Positions 56,401-62,626 of a DNA stretch of 64,000 nucleotides are shown here, in pieces. The notes under the pieces are model-generated. The model was given only the letters and a program-made list of their open reading frames with translations, was not told the DNA's origin and did no database searches. The translations under genes were made by a program, and so were the position numbers. The DNA comes from an uncultured archaeon (GTDB lineage Archaea > Thermoplasmatota > Poseidoniia > MGIII > CAYLMJ01), in contig CAYLMJ010000001.1 of assembly GCA_964384995.1 (NCBI GenBank), forward strand, positions 24,221 to 88,220, given 5' to 3'. Numbering within the stretch: position 1 is the first letter of the stretch; each line of letters opens with the position of its first letter.

Positions 56401-56732
56401 AGCTCGACCCGGTGGAGCCGCCCCTGCCAGCTCGAACCCATAAGATGAGAACTGTTGCCGGAGGTGGAGAGGTCCAGCTGGGTGTCCGGGCCGTAATCGA
56501 TCTGGCTGGCGAGGGTGTCGTTGTCGGTGGTCCAGATGACGCCCACCGAGGTGCTGGGATCGGCCCCTGCTGGGAGATAGAGCCTGACACCCTCGGGCTC
56601 GACAGAGAGGGCCTGGGCCTGGGTGGCCAGGAAGAGGGAGGCCAGCAGCGCCAGGAGGAACGGGATGGCCCAGGCTAAAGGGGAGCGAGAAGGGCCTCGC
56701 TGAACAACTTCAAGTTCGATGGGGAGGACCAT
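50451..56732 (-). CDS. Giant single-pass membrane protein (about 2,093 aa from ATG 56732): signal peptide, degenerate purple-acid-phosphatase-like domain, PKD-like domains, about 8 Ig-like modules, TM, about 400-aa cytoplasmic region with a Roadblock/LC7-like domain
   Basis: AIPFLLALLASLFLATQAQA. PAP N-domain (TTYHFRVGDG). Metallophosphatase scaffold with most ligands substituted. Modules are delimited by (V/L)(L/T/R)N(N/R/K)(P/A/T)P. TM IGIIMVAGLMTMVLGG. VEEAFLVSWEGRPIAHASRE ... LITGQHHFLALVCQG. The track start 56837 lies in A/T-rich promoter-like DNA. Confidence 0.85.
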   Translation of the reverse strand: MVLPIELEVVQRGPSRSPLAWAIPFLLALLASLFLATQAQALSVEPEGVRLYLPAGADPSTSVGVIWTTDNDTLASQIDYGPDTQLDLSTSGNSSHLMGSSWQGRLHRVELSGLNPDTTYHFRVGDGAGNTSSSLTFTTLPDPHEATTVSLGLFGSMGTGAGARSVAETLAEAGLDALVSPGGLALAPGDNHTAWDDWARLVSNFSAETLLLPGIGGADLSGSAQADDWILERLPHLAEGGWYEARLGGLQLLVLNGSADLSSGSSQYQWLEERLDDGWDDASVSWRLVSLHQPLYSSGTVHGSNATLQSHLEPLLARYPGTLLASAADSHYQRSRPLVNGSDATDATNGTVHLMVGHGGGGLGDLDEPLPAWSMVADNSSLGYLRLTLHPNGTLQGQALTTSAQTDDGFWFQLPGIELNDASAPSYVVGGEPVQLNGSTPQAGAQMRWVSDLQGPVLDEGTGMAWLANGTHRLSLQARWPDSSWSAPITFNITVNGRPRSRITTAPALVQEGAPADLSGQGSDDGELAGYEWRSDLDGLLSIEAAFSTPGLSNGTHNLSFWALDEHWEWSAPASVQLRVNGRPVVTRPTPEAGQVLRGRSLMVTFSGYDDATASENLTPSLAYRDPDGFLGTAHLWPISYNASSGVWLALFSPPYDAVPGSYTFLAHLADDEGGNSGWRPGPVLNVLNNRPATLFLGGDDRWLLPGQAVMVWAEGTDEEDQALELEPTLQFTLTGTTNWTSASGQNWTWNFSRRVHELWFTPPSDIMPAIYDLRVSHNDTDGGSSDWVALSEGVRVLEVHLGSPSVTVLRTTTASIWANLSHYDSREMEVEFSHRPLGGGPWSNASLSGQHYDGDLEVWRVNFTPPADAVLGPRQFAVTFHNASSNITSSPVFALLLEVLNNPPSVLSVGPADGPLATVQREASLTLWANGTDLEDPLPSLVPTFQYRRNGSQDNWSGAGMGIPYYGGLAQRWEAAYTPNATSMLGHYDLRARLADTDGTPSGWMELGSAFQVTNRPPVVLNLTVDQETILRNGTLTLSAQVNDEQPALLNATFEVQPEGEAGWISGWMDEPIFINGRCGLNMSPNASAQLGLYSARVEVSDPDGGVSNWFVVNGLFTLNNTPPHLQGYVVHNATPLRNSEVRVMVLAHDFETPAPSLSTRLEYRPFGTNATWVAASVTTRDVASGGYNVTWPLPAGVTLGNYSMRVQVTDGDGNSTPWWESQTPALEAHNNLPRVEEITLNLTQVFRGQEALLQIQTLDLDHLSDQMLVNVTQGPTDLDAFTGLWLSEPNWSPLGGGRWEATFTPPSNATLGNYTFQVQLTDPDNGTSTLFRLRSALKVLNNPPRVANFSLEADTILRGGSLFILLDGSDPESLPWDLTPQFGYLDGETIRPLLWPLNESGRGPSDDGLGGMGGRGEPAAYQREVLVPLTADLGAMELYARLVDDEGGLSGWWGPVNLSVRNNAPNLTGVNLTGIVTRTHEATLWVNGTDLETPVAVLGWTLRLNPENGSSASYYPLQEVVYHPANQTHRATFTVAATWPMGHYRVNLTLEDGEGGRAWPEVVVPFQVLNKPPEITRMSVEQELGDLVFTAEGADQDGEVVEYLWSLKNSSLLGRQSQFSLKAFNVGGGNRTFVVVAVDNDGGLSEPQEVTFKVDAPPIGANANKPWITARLIGIIMVAGLMTMVLGGATARAHNATLRELAQMPPYMVEEAFLVSWEGRPIAHASREDVVGGAGVDPVLAREILDSAREMAGARPGQLGYLGPWQLERGQTMMLITGQHHFLALVCQGRPPQPIWEAAEDLLRYFEGRTAFVDGEPVKISPEERTAITAELETLLDPTRALLPKQLKGRLALRQVELDTSLVARRGRLLWQVKVVNNGRFDMNRGVIHLTWDGRLAHGPATNRVDLPRIPNSSTETFLFPLEPRTQGEGECTGKLGYHIPGRWEIMELEPKTIQSNLTKLTIISDVARAHRLLEGTGGDRITIEYPLPELIKGEMVAQRARSALHQLGLRTLPELVLEADPTGPAIVEDSVWGGQDAHAEQVVAWLSLRHDTMAVELVAERPLTLVQGVAAFREQFKEKLGEVYELLEGS

Positions 56733-56969
56733 GTCTTGGAGTCTGCCTGTGGAGCCACCGGCCGAATATATTGACCTTCGCCCCCGATTATTGAATTTAA
56801 GTTTGTTGGTCATGGGGAGCTTGCTCGAGCAGAACATGTCAGTTCGATTTTATTATCATCATTCTCAATTAGGAATGAGACAGGGTGCTACAATGGTCTG
56901 GAAGTTAGCTTAAAATACCAACACCAGTTTGCATAAGCCTCCAAATAACTGGAGTGATAGGTGGAACAT

Positions 56970-57101
56970 ATGGATCCGGTCAACCTGATATTATTGTTGA
57001 TAGTCATAGGTATGTGGGGCTTAACGAGCTACTGGTTTTACACAGTACCATCGAAGTACAAACTACTCAATCAGATCCTCAAAGAGCGCATGGGGGAGTG
57101 A
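56970..57101 (+). CDS. Possible 43-aa single-TM peptide (too short for the ORF track)
   Basis: Own translation: MDPVNLILLLIVIGMWGLTSYWFYTVPSKYKLLNQILKERMGE. It ends 6 nt before the next ATG. Weak SD-like ggagtgataggtgg lies upstream. Confidence 0.35.
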   Translation: MDPVNLILLLIVIGMWGLTSYWFYTVPSKYKLLNQILKERMGE

Positions 57102-57107
57102 GCAGTC

Positions 57108-57533
57108 ATGGTTTTTGTCGGTTATGTGTCCAAAGGCCACCCCATCGGAATGGGGCGCATGTTCTGTTCCTCATGCCAATCCGAGACCACCTGGGTCCGG
57201 GTATTGCAAAAGAAAGCGTTCACGTTGCTCTTCATCCCCTTGTTCCCACTGGGTCGATCGATAAAAGTGATATGTGGTGGATGCGGTCTGAAGCAGAAGA
57301 ACACCGAGTTCACTGATGATCTGGGAGCTGCCATCATGCAGCAGATGGCCGCCGGTCAGGCCTCTGAATTGAACCAGACCCCGGGTTTGGAGCAGACCCC
57401 GGCCGAATCACCAGCTCCACCCATGGTTGCGGCCAACGGGAGTACAGGGAACAGTTGCCTGGGATGCGGCCGTCCGGTAAAATTGCCCCCAGGACAGTCT
57501 TATTGCTTTTCCTGCCGGGAAGGACAATCATAG
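57108..57533 (+). CDS. Zinc-ribbon membrane protein (zinc_ribbon_15-like N-domain plus a second C-terminal zinc ribbon)
   Basis: FCSSCQSETTW ... AFTLLFIPLFPLG ... VICGGCG architecture, a Gln/Pro/Ala linker, then CLGCGRPV ... YCFSC. Confidence 0.7.
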   Translation: MVFVGYVSKGHPIGMGRMFCSSCQSETTWVRVLQKKAFTLLFIPLFPLGRSIKVICGGCGLKQKNTEFTDDLGAAIMQQMAAGQASELNQTPGLEQTPAESPAPPMVAANGSTGNSCLGCGRPVKLPPGQSYCFSCREGQS

Positions 57534-57588
57534 AACACCAACGACAAGTGCCGCAACCCCTTTGAAGGTCAGGGTCCATTCGGGGCCG

Positions 57589-58302
57589 ATGAGTCGTGCC
57601 GAAGAGCTCAAGGAGCAGGCGGCGTTGAAGGCCCTTGAGGAGGTCAAGGAGGGGATGCTGGTGGGTCTGGGAACCGGTTCCACCACCGCCTACTTCATCG
57701 CCGGACTGGGACACCGCATCGCCAACGAGGGGCTCAAGGTCATCGGGGTTCCCACAAGCAACGCGGCCCACGAACTGGGTCTGGCGGCCAGGGTGCCCAT
57801 GACCGAGCTGGACCCCCAACGGAGACTGGATGTCACCGTGGATGGCGCCGACGAGGTGGACCCCCAGCTCAACCTGATCAAGGGAATGGGTGGGGCCCTG
57901 CTGAGAGAGAAGGTGGTTGCCGCTCACAGCCGGCTGCACATCACCGTGGTGGACGATTCCAAGCTCACCGAGCCCCTGGGCACCAAGGGCCCCTTGCCGG
58001 TGGAGGTGGTGACCTTCGGCCACACCGTGACCGAGGCCCAGCTGGTGGACCTGGGCTGCCAACCAGAGCTGAGGCTGGAAGCCGATGGAAAGCCCTTCGT
58101 CACCGACAATGGCAACTACATCTACCACTGCACCTTCCCTTCGGGGATGAAGGACCCGAGAGCGACAGATCGAGCCCTGCTGGACCTTCCCGGGGTGGTG
58201 CAGACCGGGCTCTTCCTGGGCCTGACCCACAGGGTCATCGTGGCCGGCGAGAAGGGTGTCTACGAGATCAATGAACCTGCGGCCGGAACATCGGAGGCCT
58301 GA
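57589..58302 (+). CDS. rpiA: Ribose-5-phosphate isomerase A
   Basis: GLGTGSTTAYF, VDGADEVD, IKGMGGALLREK, TDNGNYI. ATG 57589 is in frame with the track TTG 57562. Confidence 0.95.
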   Translation: MSRAEELKEQAALKALEEVKEGMLVGLGTGSTTAYFIAGLGHRIANEGLKVIGVPTSNAAHELGLAARVPMTELDPQRRLDVTVDGADEVDPQLNLIKGMGGALLREKVVAAHSRLHITVVDDSKLTEPLGTKGPLPVEVVTFGHTVTEAQLVDLGCQPELRLEADGKPFVTDNGNYIYHCTFPSGMKDPRATDRALLDLPGVVQTGLFLGLTHRVIVAGEKGVYEINEPAAGTSEA

Positions 58303-58304
58303 GC

Positions 58305-59267
58305 TTGGGACGCGGCGCCTCGTGGCTGACCCTCTGCATCTGCCTGGCCCTGACTTGCCTGACCCTGTTGCCGGCCGGGGAAGGCGGGACCGTTGGTATC
58401 GAGGACCGCTTTCTGGTGGGCTGTGGCGGCGGGAGCTGTCATGGCATTGCCACCCCCGCACTCCAGTTCGAGCTGGAAGGTGTGCCCGCAGAGTACGAGG
58501 CCGACGAGGTCTACACCCTGAACCTGTCCATCACCGGGGGACCGGCGGTGGCCAACGCCTCGTCCCGGGGTCAGGGGGGCTTCGATCTCTTCGTGACCCA
58601 GGGGGAGTTCCAGCTCATGGGGCCCGACTCGGGGAACCTGCGACTGGGACGTTCTGATCGTGAGCTCTCCCACACCGCCAACGAGACCACCCGCCGGTAC
58701 TGGAACTTCCGCTGGATGGCCCCGGAGTCGGGTTCGGGGGACGTGGAGTTCCAGCTGGCGGTGCTGGCCGGTGACGCCAACGGTGACAAGGCCGGCGACC
58801 AGTGGGAGACCCAGCGCATCATCTGCGAAGGCTCCAACTTCAGCTGGCGCGCCTGGGCCCTCAAGGGCCTGGGCATCGCCGTGGTGGTGGCGGTCCTGCT
58901 CTACCTGCGATCCATGCTCAAGGAGGCCGACAGGGCCCAGCGGGAGAAGCTGGCGCGGGAGGCTGAGGCCGGGGCAGAGGGCGAGGCGGGAGCGGATGGG
59001 GCGGAGGACGGCTCCACCGACATCCAGGACCCCCTGGCGCCCATGCCCATCGATATCGGCAGGGACCTGGGCCTGGCGGGTAAGGAGGCACCTTCCCAGA
59101 AAGAACCCGATGACAAGACCGATGACAAGACCGATGTCGGATCCGAGACCGAGCCGGAAGCTGATGAGGACGAGGAACAGGGAACACCCTCTGGCCCATC
59201 TGAGGAACAGGACGAACCGGAAGAACCGGATACAGAGAGCACCGCGAGCCCAGGCAAGGAAGGATGA
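58305..59267 (+). CDS. Membrane-anchored extracytoplasmic protein with a CGGGSCHG motif and a long acidic cytoplasmic tail
   Basis: TTG start, signal peptide WLTLCICLALTCLTLL, beta-rich ectodomain, TM IAVVVAVLLYL, then a Glu/Asp/Pro-rich tail. Confidence 0.7.
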   Translation: MGRGASWLTLCICLALTCLTLLPAGEGGTVGIEDRFLVGCGGGSCHGIATPALQFELEGVPAEYEADEVYTLNLSITGGPAVANASSRGQGGFDLFVTQGEFQLMGPDSGNLRLGRSDRELSHTANETTRRYWNFRWMAPESGSGDVEFQLAVLAGDANGDKAGDQWETQRIICEGSNFSWRAWALKGLGIAVVVAVLLYLRSMLKEADRAQREKLAREAEAGAEGEAGADGAEDGSTDIQDPLAPMPIDIGRDLGLAGKEAPSQKEPDDKTDDKTDVGSETEPEADEDEEQGTPSGPSEEQDEPEEPDTESTASPGKEG

Positions 59268-59308
59268 GCCGCAGGAAGAGCCTTTAAGGAGGCGCCGACT
59301 GGAACTCC

Positions 59309-59965
59309 ATGACCCGGAACCCTGACCACCCAGGTGAGCGAAGCGGCAGACCAGGACCCGCCTTGATGCCGGCCCTGCTGAACGGAGCGTGCCTGCTCCT
59401 GCTGTTGCTGGTGGCGCTACCGGGGCAGGCGGAGGGCAATGACCTGAGCCTGGACCCCATCATGGTCACACCCAAGGAGCCGGAGAAGGGAGACCGCATA
59501 GCGGTGGTCTTCGTCGTGGAGAACCAGGGGGACAAGGTGGACCAGGTGCTGGTGGAAGGACGGGTGAACAACCGGACCCTGCTCTCCCGCACCATCTCGG
59601 TGGAGGCCGACAACGCCACGGCGCTGACCTTCTCCTTCGAGCTGGACTCAACGGTGGCCATCATAACGGTGGTGGTTGACCCCTACCAGGAAGTGAACGA
59701 TACCGACCGGACCAACAACCATCAGGTCCATGCCATCGAGGTGGAGGAGAAGGACAAGGGCGCTGGGATGCTGCTGGTGATAGTGGGCCTGGCGGTGCTG
59801 GGAGGCGGTCTGGTGGCCTACATGTACGTCATCAGGACCTCCAGCGTCGAAGGCTCGGGCGCTGAGGGTCAAAGGCCTGCTCCTGGAAGGCGCAATGATG
59901 AAGGTTCGAAGGATGAAGCCCGGGATGGCGACCGGGATGGGAAAGAGGCTGGAAAGGGGCCATAA
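59309..59965 (+). CDS. CARDB-like domain membrane protein
   Basis: Signal region LLNGACLLLLLLVALPG. GDRIAVVFVVENQGD ... VVVDPYQEVNDTDRTNN (CARDB-type end motif). TM MLLVIVGLAVLGGGLVAY. Alternative start ATG 59366. Confidence 0.75.
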   Translation: MTRNPDHPGERSGRPGPALMPALLNGACLLLLLLVALPGQAEGNDLSLDPIMVTPKEPEKGDRIAVVFVVENQGDKVDQVLVEGRVNNRTLLSRTISVEADNATALTFSFELDSTVAIITVVVDPYQEVNDTDRTNNHQVHAIEVEEKDKGAGMLLVIVGLAVLGGGLVAYMYVIRTSSVEGSGAEGQRPAPGRRNDEGSKDEARDGDRDGKEAGKGP

Positions 59966-60064
59966 GAAGGGGACTGAGCGGCCCGGAACGGAACGGGACA
60001 AGGCTCGGCTCGAGACCCCGGTCTGGGGACAGGAAGATGATGAGGAGGAAGGGAGCGAAAGGGC

Positions 60065-60229
60065 TCAGGCGTCGAACTCGTCCTGAAGCTCGGTGACCAG
60101 CTGGTCGAGCACCTCGTCGAACTCGGAGGAGCGCAGGACCTTCTGGTTCTGGAACCGGGAGGAATCGACCCGGACGATGTAGCTGGCGCCTTCCTTGAGC
60201 AATTCGATGGAACAGACGTCTTCACTCAT
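60065..60229 (-). CDS. Possible 54-aa acidic protein (too short for the ORF track)
   Basis: Own translation: MSEDVCSIELLKEGASYIVRVDSSRFQNQKVLRSSEFDEVLDQLVTELQDEFDA. More protein-like than the overlapping 118-aa frame 59869..60225. Confidence 0.35.
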   Translation of the reverse strand: MSEDVCSIELLKEGASYIVRVDSSRFQNQKVLRSSEFDEVLDQLVTELQDEFDA

Positions 60230-60459
60230 GGGGCTCAACGAGGCGCCGCATCGACGGGGGGTTTAAAAAGCTTCCCAACGACCTTTTCTGAGAAAAGGTC
60301 GAACAAAAGAGGTTGACCCCCCGCTCGCTACGCTCGCGGGAGGTCCATGGTCAGTGATGGTTATAGATATTGGATGGTCGAGGGAAGACCCATCTGGATG
60401 AGGTGCCGGTCGAATGAGAGGACGAGCGTGTGGACCCAAAAAGAGAGTAGAGAAGCAAT

Positions 60460-60580
60460 AAGCCAGTACTTTATCAGTACTTTACCAGCACTATGGCAGT
60501 AGTATAGGATCAGTATAGCCGGAGTATAGAATGAGTATAGCGGGAGTATAGAGAGATTCTCAATTTAGTATGCAAGATGT
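60460..60580. repeat. Phased tandem array, eleven 11-bp units, partly collinear with 27895..27949
   Basis: aagccagtact ttatcagtact ttaccagcact atggcagtagt ataggatcagt atagccggagt atagaatgagt atagcgggagt atagagagatt ctcaatttagt atgcaagatgt. Weaker periodic words continue to about 60700. Confidence 0.8.
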
Positions 60581-60736
60581 GGACCCCGAGTGCCCCGGTC
60601 GGACCGAACTGTCGGGTCGGAACTGGCGGTGAGGAAGCGTCACAGAAGGCTAAGCGTTACAGAAGTCGGTCGATGATGGGAGGGAGAGGAGCGGTGTTAC
60701 TGAGGGGCAGGGATTTGTGATAATACCGAGGCGGTT

Positions 60737-61267
60737 CTATGGGTCCACTTGTTGACAATAATATTTCATGTAATATTTCACTTTATTCGGTTCACCGAAT
60801 TCCGAGGCGAAAGCATCAATGAACCGTTCGCTATGAGGTGTAAATAGTACGAGTTCTTTTTGATACGTTCTATTTGCTTTGTGGTATTCAATCGTATCAG
60901 CCCATGAATCACAATATATATTGATATAAAGTCCAGTTCTATTCTCTCTGATCCAACCTTCTGCAGCCATTGGGGCATCAGTATAATTGTTATAAAGATG
61001 GAATATGCCAAGTGTAAATACTGTCTCATTCACATGCCATTCGTCTAGTATGAATGTTCGATTATATGTCTCATTTTGGAAAAAATGATAAAGTTGGGTA
61101 TGATTAATTGAATCCAAATCGTATTCAATCCTGACTGCGGGACCCATATAGTAACAGCCTGAACCAGATGGATCGTCATCCTTCAGAAAATAAGATGCTA
61201 GAATAACCAATGAAATGATAATTACAATAATCAAGAATATCAGGGCAGGTTTTCGACCCACTTTCAT
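60737..61267 (-). CDS. Very low-GC membrane-anchored protein (176 aa), unknown family
   Basis: N-terminal anchor ALIFLIIVIIISLVILASYF. Asn/Tyr-rich ectodomain with 7 NxS/T sequons. DNA is about 33% GC in a hand-counted 60-nt sample. Confidence 0.65.
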   Translation of the reverse strand: MKVGRKPALIFLIIVIIISLVILASYFLKDDDPSGSGCYYMGPAVRIEYDLDSINHTQLYHFFQNETYNRTFILDEWHVNETVFTLGIFHLYNNYTDAPMAAEGWIRENRTGLYINIYCDSWADTIEYHKANRTYQKELVLFTPHSERFIDAFASEFGEPNKVKYYMKYYCQQVDP

Positions 61268-61493
61268 CAGTATTTTATTGTTAGGTTCTTATTTAATGAT
61301 GTTGTTGACGAATCAACCTACTTACTTACTAATCCGATGAGCGTTGTCCGGTGGACAGACGCCCGTTCCAGAACCCAGCCTCTTTGTGACAGATAACAAT
61401 CACCAAGGCCCCATCGCGAGGCTCGCTTGCGAGTCGAGTCGATGGGGCATTATTCTTCCCTATGAGCTTTATCCCGAAGGGAGAAAGAGAAGG

Positions 61494-61565
61494 TAGCCCC
61501 GGACGGATTTGAACCGTCGTCACCGGCTCCAAAGGCCGGTATGATTACCCCTACACTACGGGGCC
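61494..61565 (-). tRNA. tRNA-Gln (anticodon TTG)
   Basis: Minus strand GGCCCCG TA GTGT AGGGGTAA TCAT A CCGGC CTTTGGA GCCGG TGAC GACGG TTCAAAT CCGTC CGGGGCT A. The 7-bp acceptor has G1-U72, there are 5-bp anticodon and T stems, the T-loop is TTCAAAT, and the anticodon loop is C-T-TTG-G-A. 72 nt, no encoded CCA. Confidence 0.85.
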
Positions 61566-61640
61566 ACGCCGCGTCGATGAGCCCTCGGGTTTTAGCGTTT
61601 ATGGTCCCGAATGTCCCAGCTGGAGGTTTATTCACACAAC

Positions 61641-61757
61641 CAGGCAGGGGAGGCATTGAGGAGGAGGCACTGTAGATGAGGCTCCAAGGAGAGGCATGGA
61701 AGAGGAGGCGAAGGAAGCAGGGGAGGCAACGGAGGCACAGGAGGCAAGGGAGGCGAA
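61641..61757. repeat. Purine-rich GGAGGC(A) drifting repeat (about 9-11-bp units)
   Basis: caggcaggggaggcattgaggaggaggcac ... ggaggcaac ggaggcaca ggaggcaag ggaggcgaa. The track ORF 61676..62134 is its translation. Confidence 0.55.
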
Positions 61758-61811
61758 TATGCTTCGATGGTCATGAACAATCGTTAAGTAGACTCCAATC
61801 TCCTTCCGCCC

Positions 61812-62489
61812 ATGGACACCCGTTCAAGGGCTCTCGACAAGGTCCACCAGGTCTACGATTCGGGCGACACCCTCGAGTCCTTCTACGACGACTGGGCCAG
61901 CTCCTACGACGAGGATGTCCACGACCTCCATTACGCCGGTCCCGGGCTCATCTGCGACCTTCTCCTGAAGGACAACGGACATCCCGCCGTCAAGGTCGAT
62001 GTCAGCGACCCCAAGCTCAGGATCATCGATGTGGGTTGCGGCACCGGGCTGGTGGGCAAGGAACTGGCCAGGCGGGCGAGCTATCGCAACCTCACCGGGG
62101 TCGACCTCTCGCGAAGCATGCTCTCCACCTGTGAGCGGCTGGGCGTCTATGCCGAGCTGAAGAAAGGGAAGCTTACCGGGATGAAAGATGAGGCTGAGAG
62201 CCGCCTGCCTTACCCCGATGACCAGTTCGACGTGACCCTGTGCTGTGGGGTCTTCACCCTGGGCCATGTCCATCCCAAGGGCCTCCTGGAGCTTGTCCGC
62301 ATCACCCGACCGGGGGGGCTGGTGGTCTTCACCACCAAGGTGACCTACTTTGCCACCTCCAAGATGCAGAGCACCCTGGACGGTCTGAGCGCTTCCGAAC
62401 GGTGGCAGCTAGTTGACCGGTGGCTGGACCGGCCCTACGTGGGTGAGCCCGGCGGCGAGGCCCACTACTGGAAATTCGTCGTCATGTGA
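61812..62489 (+). CDS. Class I SAM-dependent methyltransferase
   Basis: Motif I IIDVGCGTGLVG, motif post-I GVDLSRSML, FDVTLCCGVF, RPGGLVVFT. Confidence 0.85.
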   Translation: MDTRSRALDKVHQVYDSGDTLESFYDDWASSYDEDVHDLHYAGPGLICDLLLKDNGHPAVKVDVSDPKLRIIDVGCGTGLVGKELARRASYRNLTGVDLSRSMLSTCERLGVYAELKKGKLTGMKDEAESRLPYPDDQFDVTLCCGVFTLGHVHPKGLLELVRITRPGGLVVFTTKVTYFATSKMQSTLDGLSASERWQLVDRWLDRPYVGEPGGEAHYWKFVVM

Positions 62490-62626
62490 ATCGGGCTCCC
62501 GTTCCCATCAACCTTTCAAGAAGCGGGGCAACTGGGTCGATGACGCCGTGAATACCGGGCCAAGGGTTGGCATTGCGTAAACAGAATAATTTAAGGTGAG
62601 TAAACCAATCGGGAGGCGGCCAAAGC

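Noticed and set aside
59869-60225. 118-aa minus-strand ORF downstream of the CARDB gene
   Set aside because: It is Pro/Ser/Arg-rich and overlaps the CARDB gene's 3' end. The alternative 54-aa frame (60065..60229) is more protein-like, though itself uncertain.
61676-62134. 152-aa ORF upstream of and overlapping the methyltransferase gene
   Set aside because: It is a translation of the GGAGGC repeat (RRRKQGRQRRHRRQGRR) that runs out of frame into the well-supported methyltransferase gene.
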